Shown here: piece by piece, positions 1 through 8,745 of the stretch
Position numbering within the stretch: position 1 is the first letter of the stretch
Layout: each line of letters begins with the position of its first letter
NCBI GenBank assembly: GCA_039815185.1
Contig: JBCBZT010000032.1
Coordinates: forward strand, 1-64,000
Length of the DNA: 64,000 nt
From: Cyanobacteria bacterium P01_A01_bin.123
GTDB lineage: Bacteria > Cyanobacteriota > Cyanobacteriia > Phormidesmidales > Phormidesmidaceae
Reading direction: 5' to 3'
Program-made: the position numbers and the translations under genes
The notes under the pieces: model-generated
Database searches by the model: none
Told to the model about the DNA's origin: nothing
The model's input: only the letters and a program-made list of their open reading frames with translations

Positions 1-32
1 ACCTGTGGATGAAAGCCCAGGGCTATAGTTGA
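1..32 (+). CDS. C-terminus of intron-encoded reverse transcriptase/maturase (partial)
   Basis: Frame from nt 3 reads LWMKAQGYS* (stop 30-32), directly upstream of domain V. Confidence 0.7.
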   Translation, partial: LWMKAQGYS

Positions 33-136
33 CAACTCAGGTTAGAGTTTGCTCCGTGATGCTGAACCGCCCTGTGCGGACCCGCTTGCAGGGTGGTGTG
101 GGAGGGGGGATTCGTGAGGATTCTCCCTATCCCGAT
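1..136 (+). mobile_element. 3' end of a group II intron, class IIC-attC (end of RT/maturase ORF, domain V, domain VI)
   Basis: Domain V-like stem GAACCGCCCTGTGCGGACCCGCTTGCAGGGTGGTGT from 64; domain VI GGGAG...CTCCCTATCCCGAT ends at 136; the flanking exon TATGCC is the remainder of a GTTRRRY attC core. Confidence 0.88.
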
Positions 137-777
137 TATGCCGCTTCTCCTCAACGAGGCTGCGAAGTCATTGTTCGCTGTCAACCTGATAGATCATGAT
201 CAGATTGCCGCATGTGTCATCAAATACCGCCATGATTTCGCTGCCACATCGTTCAGGTTCCGAACGAAATGAAACCCCCAACCCTTTCAGTCGAGCACAT
301 TCGGACTCAATATCATCAACTAGGAATGCCGTTAAGGGAATCCCCTCGTCGTAGAGCGCCTTCTTATACGCCTTCGTCGGCGGATGCTCGCCATTCGGTT
401 CCAGAAGCAACTCAGTTCCGTTCGGCTCGTCGGGCGACACCACAGTCACGTAACGCGTGTCGCCCATCGGGATGTCCTTCCTTTTGACGAAACCAAGTAC
501 GTCGGTATAGAACGACAGAGCTTTATCCAAATCGGATATGAATACGCTTTCAAGTTTGATCTTCATTGCAAGACATCCTCTTCATCACATTGTTATTCCA
601 GCTTTGGGCCATGTTGTTCGGCCCTAATTCTTCTTTCTCTTCGCGGTGGATGCGACCTATTACTTGCCGTCGGTGAAGAATTCCCTGTCCGGGCCATCGA
701 GCGGATGATCGGCGGATTGTCTCACAAGTCGCTCACACCGGATTTGCAGGCACTCATCAACGGCATTAGCGGCATAA
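137..777 (-). mobile_element. Integron gene cassette carrying the VOC gene; its attC is interrupted by the intron
   Basis: On the minus strand it starts G|TTATGCCGCT (778-768) and ends AGCGGCATA| (145-137), the complementary R'/R'' boxes. Confidence 0.8.
168..566 (-). CDS. VOC/glyoxalase/bleomycin-resistance family protein
   Basis: [15 protein letters not shown] ... AFLVDDI ... [11 protein letters not shown] motifs. Confidence 0.92.
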   Translation of the reverse strand: MKIKLESVFISDLDKALSFYTDVLGFVKRKDIPMGDTRYVTVVSPDEPNGTELLLEPNGEHPPTKAYKKALYDEGIPLTAFLVDDIESECARLKGLGVSFRSEPERCGSEIMAVFDDTCGNLIMIYQVDSEQ

Positions 778-841
778 CTATATATTCAGCGTCAGATCTG
801 GTTGATAAGATCTGCACTTCCGGATCTTATACGTCACTTTT
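778..841 (-). other. Integron attI recombination site
   Basis: ...GCTGAATATATA-GTTATGC core (GTTRRRY) lies upstream of and divergent from intI; near-identical copy at 28732-28793. Confidence 0.75.
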
Positions 842-967
842 GGGTGATAACACCCTTATATACAGAACTTATATGCAATTTTTGACGTATAACTCCGGGA
901 AATCGGGGTGTTATATGTCACTTTTGATAGTTAAGTATGGTGAGTGGGGTTTTTATACGTCACTTCT
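827..967 (+). repeat. Repeated TTATAYGTCACTTYT motifs in the attI/intI promoter region
   Basis: Direct copies at 827-841, 911-925 and 953-967; inverted partial copy TGACGTATAA at 883-892. Confidence 0.8.
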
Positions 968-1008
968 GACAGATAAGCACCCATCTAGGGGAGTTATATG
1001 CGTTTACC

Positions 1009-1608
1009 ATGGCACCACCCAAACCACCTCGCCTGCTCGATCAAGTGTTCAGCGTAATGTGGCCGCATCGACTCAAACGGTAGCCCTGAGTGCCCTACTG
1101 TTTCTGTTCAGTTTGCTCTACGGGATGGGGATGCGCTTGACGGAAGGGTTGCGCTTACGCGTGAAGGATTTAGATTTTGAGTATCATCAAATTACCGTGC
1201 GCGATGGTAAAGGCCAAAAAGATCGTCTTACGATGCTGCCCAGTTCACTGATCGAGCTTATTACAGCAGCAATTGAAAAAAGCGAAACGGCTACATGACC
1301 AAGACTTATCAATGGGGTACGGCACAGTGGAAATGCCCTATGCTCTAGCTCGTAAATATCCCAATGCCCATAGCGAATGGAAATGGCAATTTGTGTTTCC
1401 CTCCTAGAAGCGTTCTGTGGATCCTCGTAGCGAGGTCGTCAGAAGACATCACATTTATTAGCGCTCCATACAAAGAGCTGTAAAGCAGGTTATGCAGCGG
1501 GTTGGCATCACTAAACATGGTGGCTGTCACACTTTTCGCCATAGCTTTGCCACCCACCTTTTGGAAGATGGTTATGATATTCGAACCGTACAAGAGCTGC
1601 TCGGCCAT
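1009..1608 (+). pseudogene. intI: Integron integrase pseudogene (internal deletions, frameshifts, stops, truncated C-terminus)
   Basis: [50 protein letters not shown]; IntI-specific [46 protein letters not shown]; the catalytic Tyr segment is absent. Confidence 0.93.
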
Positions 1609-1762
1609 CATTTTGAAACTGATATGAATCTTGACCTTAGATTACCAGTATGGCGCTTAGTAGATAGCATTGAGCTCCTACAACCGGGTTGGCCGGATTA
1701 AAACCTTGCCTTAAAAGCGGTGCGTTACTGAAAGTCGAAAGGCAAAAAATTAATATACGCAT

Positions 1763-2116
1763 ATGAATCTCAAGCAAGATATACAACTAACCGCTCTAAA
1801 ATCTGAATTACTTACAAATATGCACGAGTACATGCTTGAAGTATCAGCTCAATACAAGAGTGCAGATATTGAACACTGTAAACAGATACTAGATGAACAT
1901 CTCCGTATAATTTCTGTGGCGAACAATGAAGCTCAGGCACTTAACTGTGTTCGAAGTACCGTTATGCAGTTGAACACACTGAATAAAAAATGTGGTGGTG
2001 AGTTAATTGAAACCGGAGAAAGAGAGCTGATTTGTGAGTTCATCATCAGAGCTAGTGTACTCTGTGGCTTTAATGATAAAGGCGCAGATATTACTGAAGT
2101 TTGGCGAGAATGGTGA
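1763..2116 (+). CDS. Hypothetical protein (AT-rich; ends DITEVWREW)
   Basis: 117-aa ORF with ATG start, low GC and no HIP1. Confidence 0.7.
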   Translation: MNLKQDIQLTALKSELLTNMHEYMLEVSAQYKSADIEHCKQILDEHLRIISVANNEAQALNCVRSTVMQLNTLNKKCGGELIETGERELICEFIIRASVLCGFNDKGADITEVWREW

Positions 2117-2199
2117 ACGTAAGCCTTAAAATTGGCATACCACTGATCAGGATGTGAAATAAGATATTTTAATTGATAAAATTTCAGTTTTTTGGGTAG

Positions 2200-2628
2200 A
2201 TGACTGACACATATATTTCACTTCAACGGTTTCCCTATGATGACTCAGCTTGGCATGTTGAGTTAAAGGCCAGTAATGGTTTATTCTCTGGAACTCAAGA
2301 CTTCTATACCTATCCCAAAGAGCTAAATGCTTTTGGGGTTAATTTATGTAGGTTCCCTAAAAATATTCAAGATGAAGCAAGGTTTGAGGTAGGTGATCGA
2401 GCTGGTAATTGGGCTTACTTCATCCTCATTCGAGTTTTCTTATTTGATGCTGTGGGGCATGCTGCAATTGAATTTGCCGTTGATAATCATCAAACATCTC
2501 CTAATCGTGCTCAAACAAGTTTCTTTATTAAAACTGAGGTTGCTGCCATCAACAATTTTGGTCAGCAGCTCCAATCGTGGGTTATCTCACATGATGTGCC
2601 ACTAACTTGGTTCCCTTACACCCTTTAA
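2200..2628 (+). CDS. Hypothetical protein (AT-rich)
   Basis: 142-aa ORF with plausible globular composition. Confidence 0.7.
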   Translation: MTDTYISLQRFPYDDSAWHVELKASNGLFSGTQDFYTYPKELNAFGVNLCRFPKNIQDEARFEVGDRAGNWAYFILIRVFLFDAVGHAAIEFAVDNHQTSPNRAQTSFFIKTEVAAINNFGQQLQSWVISHDVPLTWFPYTL

Positions 2629-2663
2629 TCTGCTACAGACATTTGAAAATTTTTCGTTGGCGC

Positions 2664-3356
2664 TTAAATTTCAAAGTTAAATCCTTGCTGTTTTAGCGCT
2701 TGATATTTGGCTTCATCAAACTGATATAGCCTTGCCGCTCGGTGTGCAACCCCCGTTTCTTTTTCATCGAGTTCGATCAGCAAATCCATTTTTAGAATCT
2801 TTTTCCGAAAATTTCGTTTATCCAAAGATTTACCCAAAATCACTTCGTACAATCGCTGAATTTGGGTGAGGCTAAATTTTGGGGGTAAGAGTTCAAACCC
2901 GATGGGTTCGTAGCGGATTTTGCCTCGAAGTCGGGTTAGGGCTGTTTCTAAAATATGGCTATGGTCAAAGGCAAGGACGGGTAGATCGGTGATGGCAAAC
3001 CACTGGGCATCGGTAGCGTCGGTGGCGGCTTGTACTGTGTGATCCCGCAGGTTCACCAGGGCGTAGTAAGCAACCGTCACAATCCGATCGCGCGGATCGC
3101 GATCTACCCTACCAAAGGTATAAAGCTGCTCTAAAAAGACATGACACACGCCCGTTTCTTCCTTCAGTTCTCGCAAAGCTGCTGATTCTAAGGCCTCTTC
3201 GGGTCTGACAAAGCCGCCTGGAAGTGCCCATTGCCCCTCAAAGGGGGCTAGATTGCGCTGAACGAGTAACGCTTTGAGCTGATCGGCTTCGTCGAGACCA
3301 AACACGACACAGTCAACGGTGAGCCCAGGGCGGGGATATTTGTAGGTATGGGGCAT
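2664..3356 (-). CDS. nrtR: NrtR-family Nudix-wHTH transcriptional regulator
   Basis: Nudix box WALPGGFV...[19 protein letters not shown]-terminal w[14 protein letters not shown]...AHRAARLY; start taken at MPHTYKYP. Confidence 0.9.
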   Translation of the reverse strand: MPHTYKYPRPGLTVDCVVFGLDEADQLKALLVQRNLAPFEGQWALPGGFVRPEEALESAALRELKEETGVCHVFLEQLYTFGRVDRDPRDRIVTVAYYALVNLRDHTVQAATDATDAQWFAITDLPVLAFDHSHILETALTRLRGKIRYEPIGFELLPPKFSLTQIQRLYEVILGKSLDKRNFRKKILKMDLLIELDEKETGVAHRAARLYQFDEAKYQALKQQGFNFEI

Positions 3357-3386
3357 TGGCAGTGTGTCAGCATAGAGGGCATTGAC

Positions 3387-3448
3387 ACTGTGTAAAATTA
3401 ACACTAAGCTTGGTTCAATGCTTTAGTGTGTATCTTACACTAAAGCAT
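3387..3448. promoter_or_regulatory. Two NrtR operator palindromes (GT-N7-AC core)
   Basis: ACTGT-GT-AAAATTA-AC-ACTAA (3387-3407) and inverted repeat with perfect 12-bp arms ATGCTTTAGT-GT-GTATCTT-AC-ACTAAAGCAT (3418-3448), between nrtR and a divergent ORF. Confidence 0.82.
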
Positions 3449-3477
3449 CGCCAGGTATTTTTGACGTGGAGTTCCCT

Positions 3478-3720
3478 ATGGCTAAATCCAACCCATCTAA
3501 ACCCATGATGATCGTCCCTTATTTCGTCATGGTTGACCCAGAAAACCCGAATCAAGGCGTCAATTTGGCCGAACTAACTGCCCCAAAACAGCGGCATCAA
3601 GTGAATCCGGTGTTGTTGCTAATGGGGTTGGCGATCGCCGCTGCGATCGCGCTGCCCGCTTTCGAGGCACACCAAAGCCAGCGAGTTCCGTCCAATCCTG
3701 TGGTCATTCAACAAGATTGA
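3478..3720 (+). CDS. Small single-TM protein divergent from nrtR
   Basis: 80 aa; hydrophobic segment VLLLMGLAIAAAIALPAF; GGAG RBS upstream. Confidence 0.65.
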   Translation: MAKSNPSKPMMIVPYFVMVDPENPNQGVNLAELTAPKQRHQVNPVLLLMGLAIAAAIALPAFEAHQSQRVPSNPVVIQQD

Positions 3721-3771
3721 TAAGGATTGCTGGCGTGGCAAGCAGATCAGAACCATATCAAATTGGCTGTC

Positions 3772-6537
3772 TTAATCAAATTGAGGGGGCAATTCGCTGG
3801 GGGAAAGTTGTTCGGGTTGAGATGGGGACGGGGTATTTAAGTCACCGCCGCCGTTGCCATCGGCCCCAGCTCCGCCGTCAGCACCAGCCCCATCGGCTTG
3901 GTCACCGCCAACCACAATGGTGTCCGGTCCTTGGGGAGTCGGGTCGTAAGTTTGAATGGTGACTGCCCGGGTGATTTGATCGCCTGCGCTGTTCGTAACC
4001 TGCAGCATTAAGGCTGTTTCCCCTGGTTCTGGACTGAGGGGAATCACCACTTCTCCCTGGGGGGGAATCGTACCAGGGGTGGGGGTGAGGGCGACTTGGG
4101 TACCCGGGGTAGCTTCAACCTCCCAGGCAATGTTGACTTGCAGGGGCAGCTGCCCCTGATCGACAGGGAGTAAATATTTGGGTTGCGCTTCGGTGCCGTT
4201 GATCAAAAAGCTGATAATGCGCGGTGGCCTGGGGACAATTTTGACGACTTCTGTGGTTTGGCGAATGGGGGTTTCTGTGGGGCCAGATTTTGCCAGAACG
4301 GTGATTTCAAAGGTGTAATCTCCAGCCTGGTTGACCCCAGTGGGGATGTTTTGGCAAATTAAAACCTGCTGTACCTGGCAAAAAGGGGCCAGCCCTTCCG
4401 GGATGCCGTTGCGCCAGTCAAATTGCAGGAGGGGCATCACGATCACACCCTCAGCATTACGCCCCACCAGTTCTACAACATTGATATTGTTAGGATTCGC
4501 GATCGCCCAATTCAGCCGCACCATGCCATCGTTTTCGTCATCAGAGTTGCCAGACTGACTAGTTTCAGGCGTTTGATCTTCCCCCTGGGCCACAGCAGGT
4601 TGGGGTTCAGCTTCTAGGTAATTGGGTTGGGTAGGCGCAAAGCCCACGATTTCAGGGAGGGGGGCTGGCAGAATACTCACCAGGGGGGTCGTCATTTGCG
4701 AGGGGGCTTGACCGCGCCCTGGTTTAGGCACCACTGTTAGGGTAAAGGTGTAGTCTCCGGCTCTGAGGGCATCGGTACGCAGGTTAGTGCAGGTCATTTG
4801 CCGTCGCTGTACGGCACAGTTGGCGCGCAGGTCTGGTGGAATGCCGTTGCTCAGGTCGTAGGTGATGGGGCCACTGGTGACCTCCCCTTCTGGGGACTGG
4901 CCGATGATTTCCAGGACTTCGATCTGATAGGGATAACTCACCTGCAAATTGAGCCGCACGGCGTCTTCGTCGGTGGCCGCATATTGGTTGTCGTTAGCGG
5001 CAAAGCGCAACACCTGGGGCGTCGCAGGGGGCCGCAGCAGGAACCACCAAGCCAACAAAATCAGCCCCACTAAACCGCCAATGGCCAGCAAAATTAACGG
5101 TAAGATCTGCCACCAGGGACGAGATTCCCAGAGTACATAGCCCTGCATGGGTACTTCGGGCAGGGGCAGTGCTTCTTCGTCGCTGACGGTCACGCCAAAG
5201 TTCAGCAATCGCCCACCGCCCCACAACGGTCGTCGCAGGGGGCGTTTCGGGCGGACGGTGATTTTACTGGTGAGGGTTTGTTTGGGGTTGAGTTGGAGCT
5301 GCTCGGGAATCAGGGTGTAAGTACATTGGTCGCCCCCGTCGAGTTCGAGAATGGTCAACAGCAGCGATCGCGACGTATTGCCCTGGTTATTAGCTTGCAC
5401 TTGAAACAATCCAGGTTGTCGTCGCACCCGACTGGACAACGTAATAAACTGCATATCGACCTGATAGACGGGCTGCACCTCCAGGTAGAGCAGATCCATC
5501 AGTGACAGGTTGGGGCGGTTTTCAGACCGCAGTCGCAGCGTGGGAATGTAGCTGCCTGCCAAGGCGTCAACCGGGGGGGTAATTTGCACGTCAATCACGC
5601 CCTGTTCCCCAGGATTTAAGTCGAGATAGGTTTCGATTATCCCTAACCCAGGAGTCTGTACCCCTTGGGGATAGTTGATTTTCAACCAGCTTGTGGGTAA
5701 GTCAGAACACAGCAACCGAAAGCGATCCACCCGCTCTGCTCGGTTGTACACAATCACCTGGAGAGACAGGGTACTGCCCGGCAGTAATGAGGCAGGATTA
5801 GCAGCACTGGTTGCAGGTTGTAGGGCAAATGTTGGGTCACTAACCTGTACGGTACTCTGCACCGGCGGCAGCACTTGCAGGGTCTGGGCGTAGCGCAGGG
5901 GGGGGTGATTGGGGTAGTGCAAGGGGGCATCGACTACCAGCCAATAGCGGTGAATCCCCGGTAGGGCATTGACCGGGACATTAAATTTGAAAACGACCTC
6001 GCCGCTTTGGTCAGTATCTAAAGCCAACCTTTCTTGAATCTGTGGACACCAGGTCGAGAGCGTTGGGGGTAAATCGTCGAGAAAAATGTCGATGATGGCG
6101 CTTTGGGCACCCCGATGTCGAATAATGGCGCTGAGCTGAAACTCGATGCCGGGGGTAACCAGGTCTTCTCCGGTGGAATTGAGAATGACCGAAATCGGTT
6201 GGCCAATCAGCTTGGGGCTAGCCGTTTCATTCAGAGCCCGGCTCCCCTGCTGGAGCGTGTCAGGGGCTTGATAATAAAGACTGCCGTCATTTTGGGGCAC
6301 GGCTTCAAGATAGCCTTGAGCCAATAACTCGTTCAGCAGGGGTGACAGATCTGCTTCTGAAAAACTGAACTGTTCAGCGATCGCGCTCAAACTGACGATA
6401 CCCTGGCGCATCAGCCAAATGACAAGCTGGCGTTGGGGTTCGGGTAGCCCCATGACATCGGCAACGGTGGGGCCATCGAGTTGAGCATCATCCAGGTTAG
6501 ACTGAGCCGAACCTGGACTAGAGGGAGTCCCCGTCAT
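3772..6537 (-). CDS. CIS-associated membrane protein: N-terminal wHTH-like segment, Ig-like beta-sandwich repeats, one TM, acidic Gly/Pro tail
   Basis: 921 aa; last gene of the baseplate operon; TM PWWQILPLILLAIGGLVGLILLAWWFLL; repeated C..N..T...AGDYTF.IT motifs. Confidence 0.75.
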   Translation of the reverse strand: MTGTPSSPGSAQSNLDDAQLDGPTVADVMGLPEPQRQLVIWLMRQGIVSLSAIAEQFSFSEADLSPLLNELLAQGYLEAVPQNDGSLYYQAPDTLQQGSRALNETASPKLIGQPISVILNSTGEDLVTPGIEFQLSAIIRHRGAQSAIIDIFLDDLPPTLSTWCPQIQERLALDTDQSGEVVFKFNVPVNALPGIHRYWLVVDAPLHYPNHPPLRYAQTLQVLPPVQSTVQVSDPTFALQPATSAANPASLLPGSTLSLQVIVYNRAERVDRFRLLCSDLPTSWLKINYPQGVQTPGLGIIETYLDLNPGEQGVIDVQITPPVDALAGSYIPTLRLRSENRPNLSLMDLLYLEVQPVYQVDMQFITLSSRVRRQPGLFQVQANNQGNTSRSLLLTILELDGGDQCTYTLIPEQLQLNPKQTLTSKITVRPKRPLRRPLWGGGRLLNFGVTVSDEEALPLPEVPMQGYVLWESRPWWQILPLILLAIGGLVGLILLAWWFLLRPPATPQVLRFAANDNQYAATDEDAVRLNLQVSYPYQIEVLEIIGQSPEGEVTSGPITYDLSNGIPPDLRANCAVQRRQMTCTNLRTDALRAGDYTFTLTVVPKPGRGQAPSQMTTPLVSILPAPLPEIVGFAPTQPNYLEAEPQPAVAQGEDQTPETSQSGNSDDENDGMVRLNWAIANPNNINVVELVGRNAEGVIVMPLLQFDWRNGIPEGLAPFCQVQQVLICQNIPTGVNQAGDYTFEITVLAKSGPTETPIRQTTEVVKIVPRPPRIISFLINGTEAQPKYLLPVDQGQLPLQVNIAWEVEATPGTQVALTPTPGTIPPQGEVVIPLSPEPGETALMLQVTNSAGDQITRAVTIQTYDPTPQGPDTIVVGGDQADGAGADGGAGADGNGGGDLNTPSPSQPEQLSPSELPPQFD

Positions 6538-6561
6538 AGGCGAAAGCAGCGTCTTCGAGGC

Positions 6562-8745
6562 TTATCGACATAGGTCGTTACTGTCTGTGACATCATACAG
6601 CTTGACGCGATGGTCTTGGCCACCCGTGACCACCAACACTCGCTGTTTTATCCGGACGACATCAATCGCTTTAACGGGCTGATTGAATTGAGCCAACTGC
6701 TGCGGCTCATTCAATTGCCCACTGGGGTCTAAGGGCCACAGCTTAACCGAGCCGTCATCACCACCCGTGGCCAGGTAGCAACTATCATCACTCAAGGCGA
6801 TCGCTTGGATAGCTGCCCCGCCGTGGGCATCGCCCCGTTCGTCGAGCAGTGCACAGGCGGCATCGGTGGTTAAACATCGCCCTAGATCCCAAAGGGTAAT
6901 GCGGCCCTGATTGTCGGCAGTGGCCAGCCGATTGGGACGTTGGAGGGCCGTCGCCAACTGCAAAATATAGTCGGTTTGGCCCCCGTCAGGGTACGCCAAC
7001 GATTGCGTTGTGTTGGTTCCCAATTGCCACAGCAGCAAGCGATTGTATCGACCGCCAATCGCCAGAGCTTGTTGATCATCTCCGACCAAAGCCAGACCCT
7101 GAACTGCAAAGCCCACCTGCAGGGTGCGTTCGGGGCTAAGGGTGGAAGGGGCAAAGGTATCTTCGGCCTGCGTCAGATCCCACTGGAGTACGGTGCCGCT
7201 GCCGTGGCCGCTGTAGAGTCGGCGAGCATCAGGGCTAAATTGCAGGTCAAACACCCGATCATCAGGGGCATGGGAGAGGAATTGCTGCACATTCCCCGAG
7301 AGCAAATTCCACAGGCGAATTTCCCCGTTTTCAAACCCCACGGCTAGGGCATTGTTATTGAGAGGACGGTAGCGCAACACGCGAATGGCTTTGTCAAATC
7401 GAGGCAAACGATTGATCGGGCGGAGTCGCCGTCCGGCCACCCGCCAGCGGCGAATGGATTGGTCGACAGAGCCGCTGACAACTTCATTAGCTTGGCCGTC
7501 AAATTGCACTGTGTTGACTGCGCCCCGGTGAGCGCCCCGCAGGCGAAAGGGCAAGATTAGCAGGAGTAATGCCGCGATCAACAGCACTAGCCCCTGCAAC
7601 CATGAGGGAATATGCGGTGGCAGCTTGAGGGTCAGCGGCACGGTTTGAGGGCGCACCTCGATATCAGGGTGAATGTCCGTCGGCTTCAGTTTGAGGTGAC
7701 GGTGGCGGGCTAGACCGACCCAAGGGCGCTGGCCGGTGAAATAAAGCTGCAGGGTGGCGATCGCGCCTGGTTTGAGTTCCACGACTTCTGGAGAGATTGC
7801 CATAGCAATGGGATCTTTAGGCACCTGGGGCTGCGATCGCCACCAGCTCCCAATGGCTTCGGGTTCTAACATGAACCCCATTGAGTGGTGCACATTGCTT
7901 TGATTGTTCAGGGTCAGGGTGTACGGGATGCCCTCAGGGGGTAAGGGGGCAAGATTGTCAGCTTCATCTGTGGTGGCCATCTCAATGTCGGGGGCGCCAG
8001 GGATGGCATCTGCGGCAAGGTCAATCTCGCCAGACTTGAGCTCAAGGTCGACATACCCTGCTGGCACCACCGTAACCGACCCATGCACCTGCACTGGCGC
8101 AGCTGCCGCCTGCACCGCTTCAATCTGGAATGGATAGGTTTGGCTGAGGCTATCGACAGTTTTGGGCAAGCGTCCTAAAAAGGTGGCATGGGCTTCCCCC
8201 TGGGCGGCAATACTCACCGACCGCATTTGACCGTCGACCAGCCAGGTTTGGGGTAGCCCTTCGAGCCCCAGCCGAGTCGTGGCTGCCGTGCGATTGGGGT
8301 TATGTAGGGTGAGGGGAATTTCAAAACTGTTTCCGGGGGCAATGTGCAGGGTTGATCGAGTCAGAGCCACTTCCAAGGGAGCAGACCCTTTACCTTCCAC
8401 AATGAGCTTCACCACCTGGCGATCCTCGATCCGCAGTTCAGGTGAAAACACGCGTACCGTCAGGGTCATGGTACCCACAAAGCCACCTGGCACCGGGGGC
8501 ACTGCCAAAATTTGAACCGAAAAGTGGGTGCGATCGCCCGTCGGGATCATCGCCGACAGGTCTGGGGCCAGACTGTACCAAGCTTCAGTCGTCGTTGGGT
8601 TGACCCCAGACGCCAGCAGTTCGAGTTGCAGGGTGGCAAAATTAGGGCTGTGGTTTTGCACCGCCACATCAAACTGTTGGGGTGGCCCCCCGGGCTTAAA
8701 TCGGACGATTTGGGTTGATAGCGCCGTCGTCAGCAGTTTAGCCAT
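6562..8745 (-). CDS. CIS-associated membrane protein with Ig-like N-terminus, TM and C-terminal WD40 propeller
   Basis: WD repeats (VSGSVDQSIRRW, LATGGDDGSVKLW); TM WLQGLVLLIAALLLLILP; MAKLL start overlaps the upstream stop. Confidence 0.8.
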   Translation of the reverse strand: MAKLLTTALSTQIVRFKPGGPPQQFDVAVQNHSPNFATLQLELLASGVNPTTTEAWYSLAPDLSAMIPTGDRTHFSVQILAVPPVPGGFVGTMTLTVRVFSPELRIEDRQVVKLIVEGKGSAPLEVALTRSTLHIAPGNSFEIPLTLHNPNRTAATTRLGLEGLPQTWLVDGQMRSVSIAAQGEAHATFLGRLPKTVDSLSQTYPFQIEAVQAAAAPVQVHGSVTVVPAGYVDLELKSGEIDLAADAIPGAPDIEMATTDEADNLAPLPPEGIPYTLTLNNQSNVHHSMGFMLEPEAIGSWWRSQPQVPKDPIAMAISPEVVELKPGAIATLQLYFTGQRPWVGLARHRHLKLKPTDIHPDIEVRPQTVPLTLKLPPHIPSWLQGLVLLIAALLLLILPFRLRGAHRGAVNTVQFDGQANEVVSGSVDQSIRRWRVAGRRLRPINRLPRFDKAIRVLRYRPLNNNALAVGFENGEIRLWNLLSGNVQQFLSHAPDDRVFDLQFSPDARRLYSGHGSGTVLQWDLTQAEDTFAPSTLSPERTLQVGFAVQGLALVGDDQQALAIGGRYNRLLLWQLGTNTTQSLAYPDGGQTDYILQLATALQRPNRLATADNQGRITLWDLGRCLTTDAACALLDERGDAHGGAAIQAIALSDDSCYLATGGDDGSVKLWPLDPSGQLNEPQQLAQFNQPVKAIDVVRIKQRVLVVTGGQDHRVKLYDVTDSNDLCR

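Noticed and set aside
384..1298. 304-aa plus-strand ORF as a real gene
   Set aside because: It reads antisense through the cassette and attI; only the last ~85 codons are intI pseudogene sequence
1700..1745. Possible attC before ORF 1763
   Set aside because: Only a GCGTTA-like end is present; no complementary R''/L boxes
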